A stretch of 63,136 nucleotides of DNA, filler included, from Chiloscyllium plagiosum (GCF_004010195.1; 6 parts of one record of this genome joined end to end with filler, not necessarily neighbours in it); one strand, 5' to 3'; shown: positions 24,130 through 37,129, counted from the first letter of the whole stretch. The notes: generated by a model from the sequence alone, not told the origin. A program made the numbers and translations.

Positions 24130-24972
24130 CAGCGGTGTATTACAGCGGTGGAAAGGACGATGGATGAAGACTCGCCATCTGAGGTAGTTTGGGCTGAGGT
24201 TAGGAATAGGAAAGGTGAGGTCACCCTGTTAGGAGTTTTCTACAGGCTCCTAATAGTCCTAGAGATGTAGAAGAAAGAATTGCGAGGATGATTCAGGAGA
24301 AGAATGAAAGTAATAGGGTGGTTGTTATGGGGGACTTTAACTTTCCAGATATTGACTGGGAAAGCTATAGCTCGAGTTCGTTAGATGGGTCGGTGTTTGT
24401 CCAATGTGTGCAGGAGGGCTTCCTGACACAATATGTAGATAGGCCAACAAGAGGTGAGGCCATACTGGATTTGGTTCTGGGTAACAAACCAGGCCAGGTG
24501 TTAGAATTAGAGGTAAGTGAGCACTTTNNNNNNNNNNNNNNNNNNNNNNNNNNNNNNNNNNNNNNNNNNNNTTAATTAATTAANNNNNNNNNNNNNNNNN
24601 NNNNNNNNNNNNNNNNNNNNNNNNNNNGGGGTGACTTGATAGAGGTGTACAAGATGATTAGGGGTTTAGATAGGGTTGACCATGAGAACCTTTTTCCACG
24701 TGTGGAGTCAGCTATTACGAGGGGGCATAGCTTTAAATTAAGGGATGGTAGGTACAGGACAGATATTAGGGGTAGATTGTTTACTCAGCGAGTCGTGAGT
24801 TCATGGAATGCCCTGCCAGTAGCAGTAGCAGTCCCTCTTTATGGGCATTTAAACGGGCATTGGATAGGCATATGGAGGATAGTGGGCTAGTGTAGGTTAG
24901 GTGGGCTTGGATCGGCGCAACATCAAGGGCCAAAGGGCCTGTACTGCACTGTATTTTTCTATGTTTCTATGT
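24130..24972 (+). mobile_element. Young CR1 LINE (EN domain, gap, 3' end)
   Basis: VVVMGDFNFPDIDW...YVDRPTRGEAILDLVLGN before the gap; RGHSFKL...FTQRVVSSWNALP and tail after it. Confidence 0.85.
24528..24627. other. Artificial contig spacer (44N-TTAATTAATTAA-44N)
   Basis: Identical 100-nt spacer with a six-frame stop linker occurs five times in the window. Confidence 0.97.
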
Positions 24973-25699
24973 TTAATAATAAACAACATTATCACATCAT
25001 CCTGCTGAACAATAGCACATTTAGGAATGAAATTACCTTAGATTGCCAGGTGCTGATCTTCTGAAAAACATAATTATTATTGCTTAGCTAAGATGAATCA
25101 GTAATGATACCATATTTTCCTTTTTGCATGAGTTTTCAATGTAATAACCCTGAAACAGCTGCCTGAAAATAATTAGCCTAATGTTTGTTTTGATTTTAAT
25201 TATGCTGAATTTCTGTAATAATAACTTTAGGTTATTCAATGACTGTACAGCAGACAGATGATGTAATTATTGGGTCACTGATTCTTCTTTGAAACACAGA
25301 CGTGCAGTAGTATAAAATGTTTGGGAAAGATGCACGGTCAGGTGAAAGATGCAACATTGCCAGCAGCACAGGGTTGGCAAACAGAAGCAAGGAGTCTATT
25401 CCATTAGAAAGTTGTTGCTGCAGTGAAATTTCACTGGTAACCCAAGTATAAATTACAATTATGTCTGTTGGTGGGTAAGGTTGCTGTAAATGGGCAGACT
25501 CTGAATTAGAATTAGGTTTTATTGTCACGTGTACTCAGGTATAGGATACAGGAGTACAGTGAAAAGTGTACAAAATCACCATTCCCGGTCATCTTGGGTA
25601 CAGATCTTAGGTACAAAGTAGAAAAAGAAACAAATAAATGTTACAGTTCTTCTTAGTATAAATTAGGGAAATAAAGAAGTTAGAAGTTCAATGAAGGGA

Positions 25700-28600
25700 A
25701 TGTGATGGCCTAGTGGTATTAACGGTAGACAATTAATTCAGAGACCCAGATAATATTCCAGGGACCCAGGTTTGAATCCAGATGTTGGAATTTGAATTTA
25801 ATAAAATTTTTTAAAAATCTGGAATTAAGAATCTACTGAAGACCATGAAAGCATTGTCGATTGTCAGAAAAACCCATCTGATTCACTAATGTCCTTCAGG
25901 GAGGGAAATCTGTCATCCTCACCTGGTCTGGCCGACATGTGACTCCAGACCCACAGCAATGTAGTTGACTCTCAATTGCTGTCTGAAATTGACAGCAAGC
26001 CAATCACTACAAAGCCTCAAAGAAATGAGACCAGACAGATCACCTGGCATTGACCTAGGCACTGGAAAAGACAACAGCAGAAACAGCCTTGTCCACCCTG
26101 CAAATCCTCCACACTAACATCTGGGAGCTAGTGCCAGAATTGGGAGAGCTGTCTCACAGACTGACATAGACGGAATCCTACCTTACAGACAATGTCCTAC
26201 ACACCACCATCACCATCTCTGGATCTGTTCTGTTCTCACCGGTAGGACAGACCCAGCAGAGGTGGCGGCACGGTGATGTATAGTTGGGAGGGAGTTGCTC
26301 TGGCAGTTATTGACATTGACTCTGGACCCTGTGAAATCTTGTGGCTTCAGGTTAAACCTTGGCAAGGAAACCTCCTGCTGATTACCATGTACCACCCTCC
26401 CTCAGCTCATGTATTGGTACTCCTCCATGTTGAACAACACTGAGAGGAAGCACCGAGGATGGCAAGGGCATAAAATGGAGTCTGGACAGGGTATTCCAAT
26501 GTCCACAACCAAAAATGGCTTGGCAGCAGCACTACGGATCGAGCAGGTAGGATCCTAAAGGATATAGCTGCTAGACTGAGCCTGCAGCAGGTGGTGAGGG
26601 AATCAACAAGAGTGAAAAATGAAATTGTTCTCATCCTGACTAATCTGCTGGTTGCCGATGCTTCTGTCCAGACAGTATCGGTACAAGCGACCATTGCACA
26701 GTCCTTGTGGAGCTAACATCCCGCCTTCACATTGAGAATAACCTTCATCGTGTTGTGTGGCATTATCACTAGTTCAAACAAATCTAGCAACTCAAAACTG
26801 GGCATCCATGAGGTGCTGTGGCCATCAATACTAGCAGAATTGTACTCCAGCACAACCTGTAACCTCATGGTCTGGCATGCACCCCATTCAACCATTTCCA
26901 TCAAGCCAAGGGATCAATGAAAAGCGCAGGAGTGTATGCTAGGAGCAGAAGCAGGCCTACCTAAAGATGAGGTGTCAACCTGGTGAAGCTACCAAACAGG
27001 ACTACTTACATGCTAAACAGCATAAGGTAGCAAATGACAGATTTGCCAAATGATAAGCAATCCCATAACCAATGGATCAAATTCTAAGTTCTGCAGTCCG
27101 GCGACATTCAGTCGTGAAAAGTGGTGGATGATTAAACAACTCAGTGGAGGACAAGGCTTCACAAATTTCCTCATCCTCAATGATGGAAGAGCCCAGCACA
27201 TCAGTGCAAAAGATATGGCTGAAGCTTTTGCAGCAATCTTCAGGCAGAAGTGCCGTGTGGATGATCTACCTTTGCCTCCTCCAGTGGTCCCCAGCATTAC
27301 AGGTACCAGTCCAACTAATTTGATTCACTCCATGTGATATCAATAAACTGTTGGAGGCACTGGATACTGCAAAGGCTACAGGCACTGACAACATTCTGGC
27401 AATAGTACGGAAGACTCGTGTTGCAGAACTTGCTGCTCCCCTAGCCACATTGTTTCAGTACAGTTACAACGCTGGCATCTACCCGACAATGTAGAAAATT
27501 GCCCAGATATGTCCTGCACATAAAAAGCAGGACTAATCCACCCGGCCAATTTACCGCTCCATCAGTCTACTCCACATCATGAATGAAGTGATGGAAGGTG
27601 TCACCAAAGGTGCTATCAAGCAGCACCTGCTTAGCAATAACCTATTCAGTGATGTCCAGGTCCTGGTTCTGCCAGGACCACTCAGCTCCTGACCTCATTA
27701 CAGCCTTGGTTCAAACATGGACAAAAGAGCTGATTTCGAGAGGTGAGGTGAGAATGACAGCACTTGATGTCAAGGCTGCATTCAACAAAGTGTGGCATCA
27801 AGGAGCCCCAGCAAAACTGGAATCGCTGGGTATTGAGGCCAAGCTCTTCAGTGGTTGGATTCATATCTGACACATAGGAATATGGTCGTGGTTGTTGGAG
27901 GTTGGGCATCTCAGTTCCAGGACATCGCTGAAGGATTTCCTCAGGGTAGTGTCCTCTGCCTAACCATGGGGGGCATGGTGGCACAGATGTGGGCGGCATG
28001 GTGGCACGGTGGTTAGCACTGCTGCCTCACAGCGCCAGAGACCGGGGTTCAATTCCCACCTCAGCACAGCGCCAGAGACCGGGGTTCAATTCCCACCTCA
28101 GGCGACTCTCTGTGTGGAGGTGGGGTGGGGAGGCGTGTCTGCGTGGGTTTCCTCCGGGTGCTCCGGTTTCCTCCCACAATCCAAAAATGTGCAGGTTAGG
28201 TGAATTGGCCATGCTGAATTGACCGTAGTGTTAGGTGAAGGTGTAAATGTAGGAGAATGGGTCTGGGTGGGTTACGCTTCGGCGGGTTGTGGACTTGTTG
28301 GGCCGAAGGGCCTGTTTCCACACTGTAAGTAATCTAATCTAATCTAAACGATCTTCAGCTGCTTTAACAATGACCAACCCTCCATCATCAGGTCAGAAGT
28401 GTGGATATTGTGCAATTGACTATCAATGTTCAGCACTATTTTAGCTCCTCAGATACTGAAGCAGTTTGTGGCCAAATGCAACAAGATCTGGACAATATCC
28501 AGGCTTGGGCTGACCAATAACAAGTAACAACATTCTCGCCACACAAATGCCAGGCTATGACCATCACCAACAAGAGACAATCAAACCATCATCACTTGAC

Positions 28601-29290
28601 ATTCAATGTGTTACCATCACTGAATCCCCCACTATCAACCTCTTGGGGATTATCATTGATCAGAAACTCAACTGGAATCTCCACTAAATGCATTGGCTAC
28701 AAGAGTAGGTCAGAGGCTAGGAATACTGTGGCGAGTAACTCACCTCCTGACTCCCCAGAATCTGTCCACCATCTACAAGGCGCAAGTCAGGAGTGTGATG
28801 GAATACTCCCCACGTGCCTGGATAAGTAGAGCTCTAACAACACTCAAACAACATTCAAGAAGCTTGACAGCATCCAGGATAAAGCAGCCTGCTTGATTGG
28901 CACTACATCCACAAGCATGCACTCCCTCCACCACCAACACTCAGTAGCAGCAGTGTGTACTATTTACAATATGCACTGCAGAAATTCACCAAAGAACCCA
29001 CAACCACTTCCATCCAGAAGGACAAAGGCAGTAGATACATGGGAACATCACCACCTTCAAGTTCCTCTCCAAGCCACTTGACATCCTGACTTGGAAATAT
29101 ATTGCTGTTCCTTCACTGTCACTGGGTCAAAAACCTGGAATTCCCTCCCTAATGGCATTATGGGTCAACCCACAGCAGGTGGACTGCAGCGATTCAAGAA
29201 GACAGGATGCTACCACATTCTCGAGGGCAACTAGGTATGGGCAATAAATACTGGCCAGTCAGCAAACTCCACATCCCACAAAATTAATAA
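25700..29290 (+). mobile_element. APE-RT LINE family B (CR1/Jockey-group-like), near full length, tRNA-like 5' head, decayed
   Basis: EN remnants (TNIWELVP, ESYL.D, PSRGGGT) and RT (SAPDLITALVQTWTKEL..RGEVRMTALDVKAAFNKVWHQG; YKAQVRSVMEYSP). A/B boxes at 25706-25716 and 25769-25779. Confidence 0.8.
27968..28346 (+). mobile_element. Young HE1-like V-SINE with internal duplication, inserted in LINE B RT
   Basis: GGCGGCATGGTGGCACGGTGGTTAGCACTGCTGCCTCACAGCGCCAGAGACCGGGGTTCAATTCC head, V-domain and (AATCT)n tail. Confidence 0.9.
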
Positions 29291-29571
29291 ATGAAAAAGA
29301 ATTAGACTCCGTCTTTGGCAGTGGACCTGCAGACTCTCCATGGTGGACTTTCCCCATAAAGGCTCGATCTCTTCCCCTTGCGGTCTCCTCCGCGCTGCTG
29401 TATCGCCGCCGATCACTATCTAGGCTTGCCAACCTTGTCACCCCCAACTGCTTCAGACCTTAGCGATGCCACAACGCTGCCAACTGCTCAGTTTCCACCC
29501 GGTTCACTAGTGACCTCATTGCAGAATGCCAAATTCTCTGCTTGGCACTCTCAGGGCAGGCTTGATGATGG

Positions 29572-30169
29572 TGGTGTTGGAAAAGTACAGCCGGTCAGGC
29601 TGCATCTGAGGAACAGGAGGATCCATATGATATTTTGGGCAGAAACCCTTCATCAGGAATGAGGCTTGTGGGCCAAGGGGGCTGAGAGATAAATGGGAGG
29701 GGGTGGGGCTGGGGGGGTGGGGGTGGAGGTAGCTGGGAATGTGATAGGTAGATGAAGGTGATAGGTTGGAGAGGAGAGTAGAACAGATGGGTGGGAAAGA
29801 AGATGGACAGGGAAAAGTGTACATGAGGACTGTGCCAAGTTGGAAGGTTGGGACTGGGATAAAGTTGTGGGGGAAGGGAAATGGGGAAACAGGTGAAATT
29901 CACATTGGCATCCTCCAACCACATGGGATCAATGTGGAAGATGAGGCATTCTTCCTCAGGGCGTTGGGTGATTAGGATTTGGCGATGGAGGAGGCCCAGG
30001 ACCTGCATGTCCTTGGCTGAGTGGAAGGGGGAGTTAAAATATTCAGCCATGGGGCAGTCAGGTTGGTTAATGCGAGATCTGCAAGTTGACATCCTGTCCC
30101 CCCAGTGTAGAGGAGACCACATTGGGTGCAATGAGATACAGTAGATGATGTTGTGTCCTCACTTTCTCC
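29572..30169 (-). mobile_element. PLE family 1 GIY-YIG end + pLTR with inverted terminus; ~14-bp TSD
   Basis: AEYFNSPFHSAKDMQVLGLLH in ORF 29595-30131. AGGCTTGATGATGG (29558-29571) / AGGCTTGAAGATGG (30170-30183). Confidence 0.8.
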
Positions 30170-30199
30170 AGGCTTGAAGATGGGGAAGTTGAAAGCCTA

Positions 30200-31030
30200 A
30201 AGCATTTGTTATCCATCCCTAATTGCCATTGGGAAGGTGGTGATGAGCTGCTTTTTTTTTAAAACCACTGCAGTCCATGGAGGTAGGTGTGCACACAGTG
30301 TTGTTGGTGAGGAAGTTCCACGATTTTGATTTAATGACAGTAAAGGAATGGTGATCTAGTTCCAAGTCAAGACTGTGTGTGACATGAAGCGGAATGTATT
30401 GGGGTAATGCTCCCATGTATATGCTGCACTTGACTTAGATAGCAGAGGGTGCAGGTTAAAGCTGCTGCTGAAAGTACGTTGAGTTGCTCCAGTATATCTT
30501 TTGTTAAGTACACTTGGCTACCATTATGTGTTAGTGGTGAAGGGAGTGGATGTAAAAGGTGATGGATGGGGTGCTAATCAAGCAAACTGTTTTGACTTAG
30601 ATGATGTAGAGGCACTCAAGTGTTTTTGGAGCTGCAGGCAATTGGAGCATATTCCATCATCTTCCTGACCTGCACCTTTAAAATGGGGGAGAGTAAATGT
30701 GGAGATGGAAGGTGAATTACTTGCCATAGAATTACGAGCTTATGATCTGCGTTATAGTCACAGTATTAATATAACTGATTTAGTTCAGCTTCTACTTGAT
30801 GGTAAACCCCAAAATATTGATAATGGGCTGTCCAGTTATAGCACTGCCATTGAAAGTCAAGGAAAGATGGTTAGATAATTTCTTGTTTGAGATTGGTCAT
30901 GACCTCGCACTTGTGTATTGCAAATGGTAGTCACCTTTTATCAACCCAAATCTGAATAATGACCAGGTCTTGTTGCATATAAAAATAGACTTTTTTCATA
31001 TCTGAGTTGTCACAACTGGTGCTGAACATT
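30200..31030 (-). mobile_element. Old LINE family B 3' fragment
   Basis: Reverse complement aligns by eye to 28450-29260. Confidence 0.65.
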
Positions 31031-31737
31031 AATGTGATTGACAGTTCACTGCTAGGCTTTATTCAAATTTTAAATCGTGCAGGTTGACTGATTGGTAGGG
31101 ACATTGCTCTAGGAAATGAACCAGAAAATAGCTATTATCTATTTTGTTGAGTTGGAAGAGGCAAAGTGTGTGTCTGAAAGAATGTAGATACACAAAGCCT
31201 GTCCATCAGTATTAATAGGTTAATCCTGTATGGCAATTCCTCTAGTAATCAGAGTCCACTTGCTAAACAGTCAGCGCTCTCCTCTCAGACAGTATAAATG
31301 ATGGTTCCCGCCCCCCCCCCCGTGTCTGTATTCTTGTGACTTAGTCTTGTGTGCAAAATGAAAAGCTTTGATAAAATGTGTCATTTTTAACAATACTTGA
31401 GTGAGAGATTAGGCACATAGTAAAACTTGGAGAAAGAGTGATCTGAACTTGAGAATGTGGGAGAGTCAGGAGGTCAGGGTGGATCATTAATAACTGAGTG
31501 AGCTCCTGTAGGACAAACTATAAAGATGGACTTTTGCAAATGTGTGCTCCTCTAAGTACTTCATGTCTGAAATGCAACATTTTTAGCATGCAGTATAAGA
31601 AATTTCAGAATTCTGCAGAGCTTGCTAATCTGCACAACTTATTTCTTGTTATTTATTCCTGGTGCCCAAGTTCTGAGCTGGCAGCTCCTACATATTTTTA
31701 CTTCTTCATTGTCATTTACTAGAATGTCTCCCATAAG

Positions 31738-32050
31738 ATAGATTAGATTAGATTACATACAGTGTGGAAACAGGCCCTTCGGCCCTTCAAGTCCACACCG
31801 CCGAAGCGCAACCCACCCATACCCCTACCTTTACCCCTTACCTAACACTACGGGCAATTTAGCATGGCCAATTCACCTGACCTGCACATCTTTGGACTGT
31901 GGGAGGAAACCGGAGCACCCGGAGGAAACCCACGCAGACACGGGGAGAATGTGCAAACTCCACACAGTCAGTCGCCTGAGGCGGGAATTGAACCCGGGTC
32001 TCTGGCGCTGTGAGGCAGCAGTGCTAACCACTGTGCCACCGTGCCGCCCC
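31738..32050 (-). mobile_element. Young HE1-like V-SINE
   Basis: Reverse complement: GGGCGGCACGGTGGCACAGTGGTTAGCACTGCTGCCTCACAGCGCCAGAGACCCGGGTTCAATTCCCG, V-domain, (TCTAA)n tail. CpGs intact. Confidence 0.92.
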
Positions 32051-32371
32051 AGAGATACCAGGGAGCAAGAGTAAGTCAGAGAATAGGAGCTATCGCAAGC
32101 TGAAAGAATGAAACTCAGTAAGACTAGATTCAGATATATGGCATTTGAAAAAATGATGAGTGGGAGACTAAAGGCAAGATAGAGAAATGCAAGGTAATGG
32201 AATCTCATTCAAAAGCTTTTATCTCCAACATTTTTTCACTATTAGTTGTTGCATTAGTGCTGCTTTACAATATCCCTACATTCAAATGTACTTCATTGAA
32301 AGTTACTTCCAATGTTACATGATGTATAAAATTGGCAACGCTGTGCATTTTTTCAAATGCAATGGAACAGA

Positions 32372-32510
32372 GATAGAGTCATAGAGATGTACAGCATGGA
32401 AACAGACCCTTCGGGTCCAACCTGTCCATGCCGACCAGATATCCCAACCCAATCTAGTCCCACCTGCCAGCACCCGGCCCATATCCCTCCAAACCCTTCC
32501 TATTCATATA
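32372..32510 (-). mobile_element. CR1 3' tail
   Basis: Reverse complement closely matches 6115-6250. Confidence 0.85.
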
Positions 32511-32610
32511 NNNNNNNNNNNNNNNNNNNNNNNNNNNNNNNNNNNNNNNNNNNNTTAATTAATTAANNNNNNNNNNNNNNNNNNNNNNNNNNNNNNNNNN
32601 NNNNNNNNNN
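32511..32610. other. Artificial contig spacer
   Basis: 44N-TTAATTAATTAA-44N. Confidence 0.97.
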
Positions 32611-32815
32611 CGGCCTATCACCCTCACCTTGACCTCCCTCCACCTATCGCAATTCCAACGGCCCTCCCCCAAGTCCCTCCTCCCTACCTTTTATCTTAGC
32701 CTGCTGGACACAGTTTCCTCATTCCTGAAGAAGGGCTTATGCCCGAAACGTCGATTCACCTGTTCCTTGGTTGCTGCCTGACCTGCTGTGCTTTTCCAGC
32801 AACACATTTTCAGCT
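32611..32815 (+). mobile_element. PLE family 1 pLTR
   Basis: Closely similar to 1-205. Confidence 0.85.
32722..32756 (+). ncRNA. Minimal hammerhead ribozyme-like motif in PLE pLTR
   Basis: CTGAAGA-A-GGGC(TTAT)GCCC-GAAA-CG-TC: intact core, 4-bp helix II, palindromic ACGT in place of helix III. Helix I is weak. Confidence 0.55.
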
Positions 32816-33254
32816 GTTTATTAAATAACCTACCTACTGTTGCTCTCCATCTCCTATTGCCTGTTTTCCATTATAACTGCAAGTTAATATTGGAACTTCA
32901 GCAAATTGTAGCTTTGCTCCAACAGAAGGTTGTTTTCAGATTTTACCCTTACCCACTGGGTGTGAACCCTGCAGCAAGAGAATCTGTCAGCAGGAGAGGA
33001 GTGAAAAAAACTATTTGGATTTGTTTTCTTCTGCATGCAGAAAATGGAAGTAACACTGATGGTGACCTAAGTATTAATCTACAGCCCAAACCTATCAACT
33101 CAAGATTAGGGTTCTGCAATGCATTAATGACAAAAATGAAAGAACATTTTGACCATCCTGATGGTATTGATTGAGGAATCAATCTACAAATAGAAAATAA
33201 GTTTACATCAATTCAGATAGACATTGAGTTGAAATAGATAAACGTTGCTCTGAC

Positions 33255-33429
33255 CTGGAATTATTGTCTTCTTGCAGCTCTGACACTTGGAGGAATACTC
33301 ATTTGAATAACAGTCTGTACAGAGCAATTGGTCATCCTTGGCAGCGAAAGGCTTATCTGCCAGTGACCGTTTGCACTGAAAGCAATGAAAGCAGGCTTCA
33401 TGCCAGTGGCGATCCTTATAGGACAAGTC
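33255..33429 (-). CDS. FHL2: Internal coding exon of four-and-a-half LIM domains protein 2
   Basis: ttccaacag acceptor and GTCAGA donor bound 175 nt encoding DLSYKDRHWHEACFHCFQCKRSLADKPFAAKDDQLLCTDCYSNEYSSKCQSCKKTIIP(G). As recalled, this is nearly identical to vertebrate FHL2 and has the conserved FHL exon length. Confidence 0.92.
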
Positions 33430-36400
33430 CTGTTGGAATCAAATTATAAAATAAAAATGCAAAGCTGCAGCATCTCAAATTGTAGATTAAATGTCACACA
33501 GTTTACATTAGAGTTAATGTTCTTTGCCTCTGTGAGGGTAGGGAGATGTCTTGATGTGTCCTGTAGATAACACAGATGTTTTTGGTTTACATTTTTCTTT
33601 GACAATTAAAAGCATGAGCTGTACAAAAATGATCTTGTACATATGCACAGGAAGTGGCTGCACTAATAACTTAAAAATGTAGAAGTACAGTAACTCCCAT
33701 GGAGATTTATCTTTATGGAAAATGTCAGCAGAAGCTAGCAAATTATTTTAGAAAGCATGCTTTACTATAATGAAAAGTGAAATTGGCAAGTTTTTTTTCT
33801 TTCAAACTAGTCCCTTACATTGAAACCTTTTACACTTATAGCATAAAGTTATATGTGCATTCCGTACTACATGTGGTTCAGTTTACATATTATAGAGATG
33901 GAATGATGGATAGTGAGTTTTAGAAAATGGTTTATAGATGGCCCTCAAGAGTTTTTTTTTTGTGAATTTACTTGCTGCCACCTCATTGAGTGGATACTGT
34001 CTGGCAATAAGTGTATGGACATATGAAAAAAGACAACTGATCGAACAAACCTCTTCTATCCTCCATGGTCCAGCCTATACACACCATTAGCCCTATTTCA
34101 CCCCACACATCACCTCTCCCCTCCATAGCCACCCAGAAGAAGCAGAAAAGCAAATAAATAAAACATCCACACAAAATCTAGGTGATATTATTCTCTGAAC
34201 CCCAAAAGCAATCACTAGTGAGAAAGCGCTCTTATTTCACCTATTTTTATAATTAAGTCTCCACGTATAGGAACCTGTCCAGTTCCATTTTGAATTCTTG
34301 CTGGAAATCACACTCACATCATGCATTGGTAACTTAATCCAGAAATTGATGACACAGTGTGAATAGAACCTGCTGGCATTGAAACTAGCTCTATCATTAA
34401 TGACTATATTGCACAAACAGAGCCAAATAAGACTTTTTTGTGTCAAACATTTTGGCATAAAAAGGAAGACTTGAATTGTTATTGTGATGGCTTAAAGACA
34501 AATGGTAAACTTCAGAGTTAATCAATGGAAATTAACAATGGCATCATATCTCTATTGTGAAATATGATTTTCTCTTATGCAAAATTCTTTAGGAAATACT
34601 TCAGAAATAGCTCATATTTTGGTGTGTTTTCTGGAAATATATAAATCAATCTTTAAAATATAGGCTTTCCCACAGGTTTTATAGTCAGTTCAAAGTACAC
34701 TATTTCCCTCGAATTGAAAATTCAGTGGCAGTTTATGATATTCAAGTTAATATGCTAGCAAAATTCTTCAGAGATAGCTCATATTTTGAAAATGGTATGA
34801 CGTTGTTTTGTGAAAACTCAGCAGATGAAAAGATGTAATGAGAAGAAATAGCCCTAGTGTCTGAGCACTATCAAAAGTTGTGGTACTGAATTCTCTCTAA
34901 TTTCTTGTTATTTAATTGATCTTTACCTGAATGACAGTGTGAGTGGTACAATTACCTTCCTAGACCAGTGATGATAAAATTAGCAAGAATTTTGTTCACT
35001 GTCGAATCATCTATCTGCTAACCATGAGAATGAGTGATCATCAATTGAGTACCGAGCTGACTTTCACTGTGATGTAGTCTCTGGTAATATAACTTTCCCT
35101 GACTCGGTGTTCAACTTCAAATAAGATGGATAACTACTTGGCTGACAAAAGAGAGGGCAAATGTTATATGATGAAAAATGAGTTGTGATCTTAAAAATGA
35201 AGTAAGAGAAATATAATTTGAGGTGAAAATAGGAAGAGAAATAAAAGTTGTACAGAAGAAATTGGCTACTGCATAAATTTTGACCAAAACCTCCTTGTGT
35301 ATCTTTCTTTGTTATTTAGTAACTTACTTTATTAGAGGAAATGGTGAATGAATTAAAAATGTTGCATAACTCTCTGCATTTTGATAAAATGCAAAGAATA
35401 TTTAAACTATCAGATCAACATTTGCTTTATTGTGTAGACTTGTTTAACAATTGAAAATATATAAAACAACCATATTCTGACAATATAATCTACCAAAGCA
35501 AAGTACCTAAGTCAATATCTCAGGACAAAAATATTCATAAAGCTATATTAATAACTTAATGCATTACATACCCTGTACTGAGACCTACAAAGCAAGGAAG
35601 CCTAGGATCGATATTTGATATGAACTGAGTTAATTGCACTTGTAAGAGTGTTCAAAGATGATTCTGCAGTGGATCGTTGTAATCAAGAACTTTTATTGAA
35701 TTTTATACAATATTCATAAAGGTAAGTAGGAGACAACATTCTGACAACTCTGCTGCTCAGGAACTAGCTCCATCTGCTCTCACCTCAGCAGGCATTATCG
35801 ATGACATATGCTATCCATTAGAATAATAGAAGATAAACATTAACATACATTTCCCCCAAAGTCTTTTGTTCAATCCATTTGAATCATTATCAATTATTTG
35901 TTAGCATTTCTCTTAATATTTAACCATTAACAATGCAATCTTTGCACCTTCCACCTTCAAAGTTTCTGTCTCAGTCCGCCTTGAGGAGGATTGGATTTTG
36001 GTAATTGAATTTCTGCACATCCTTGGAATTATCTTGAGAATGTAATCTGATACAACAACTGATATCTGGGCTGTGTCAGTCACAACTACGTTAATCAGCA
36101 GTGAGGAGAACTCAATGAAGGCTGGACTCAGGAGACAAACCACCAGCAACTGGAAGAATCAAAGACAGGAAATGGGAGGGGAGATGGCTTTAGATCAAAC
36201 CTACTTCTTTTTCTCTCTGGAAGCAAAACTTCAGCCCTGACTTTGTGAAAAGGAGCACCTCCAGCTCCTACACTCTCCTCCATAGGAATAATCATGAAGA
36301 AATAACTGAACTTCACCTTGAGGGATAAAGAAGAAGGATAGCTAGAGAAGGAAAGACTTGCTGGTGAGCCAGCTTATAATTCTGGGGAGGGTATGGACAC

Positions 36401-37129
36401 ATTAGTTACTGTACATAATGGAGTTTTTTTTTATCTCCAGGAGCTTGAGACTGCTCTAGAGGATGTTCACTGTGGAACCAAAATAGGCATTTCTCCTTGC
36501 CAAGGCAATGGCAACGCCATTAGTCTTGATCAACTGGAAGAGACACAGACAATACTGGAGCCTTAGGAATGATCAGTCAGTTGGTGTGGGGATGATTCCA
36601 CGCACACTTTAACCTGAGCTGAACTTAAAGGACCATATAGCACCTGAATGCCAGGATAAAAAATCACCATGATGATTATGTGAAACATTGCAATAATGTG
36701 GTTCATCTGGAGCTATCAACAAGATCTAAAGAAGGGAGAAAACACTAAACAAGACATATGCAATGCCCTGATTGCAGATTGAGGCGGAAGCAGTGAGAAC
36801 AGAGGACATCGGTGTGTAGCACATCTGTGGCAGCTCCAATGCAGGCTAGTTTGAAGCCAAAGAACTCCAGTACAATTGGAATAAAGGGCTTTAGTAGGTT
36901 ATTCAAGGAACTTGATCAATTTATCGGGGCAATGGGACATCTACTCAGCACAGAGAGATGCTGTTACAGACTGATTTGTTGACTTGCATGGAGATTGGAT
37001 AATAACAGGGGATTTAATGTTGGTCACATCCCTGTTAATCTTAACTTCATCAGAGAATTGGAACTGGCTTGATTATTATCATTCTCTTTTATTATTGAAA
37101 GCTTGCTTTTCCAGGAGAGCCTTCTGCAA

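Noticed and set aside
24528..24627. TTAATTAATTAA motif flanked by Ns, five times
   Set aside because: Identical 100-nt construct with a six-frame stop linker: an assembly or pipeline spacer, not biology. ORFs running into it are artefacts.
29300..29420. CpG-rich patch with a Kozak-like CCACCATGG on the minus strand
   Set aside because: Too short for a CpG island, with no donor site or recognisable peptide. Probably the continuation of a minus-strand repeat whose tail lies at ~25503-25695, on the other side of the LINE B insertion.
31985..32050. tRNA-like sequences with A and B boxes
   Set aside because: These are SINE heads continuing into V-domains or LINE-derived tails, not tRNA genes.
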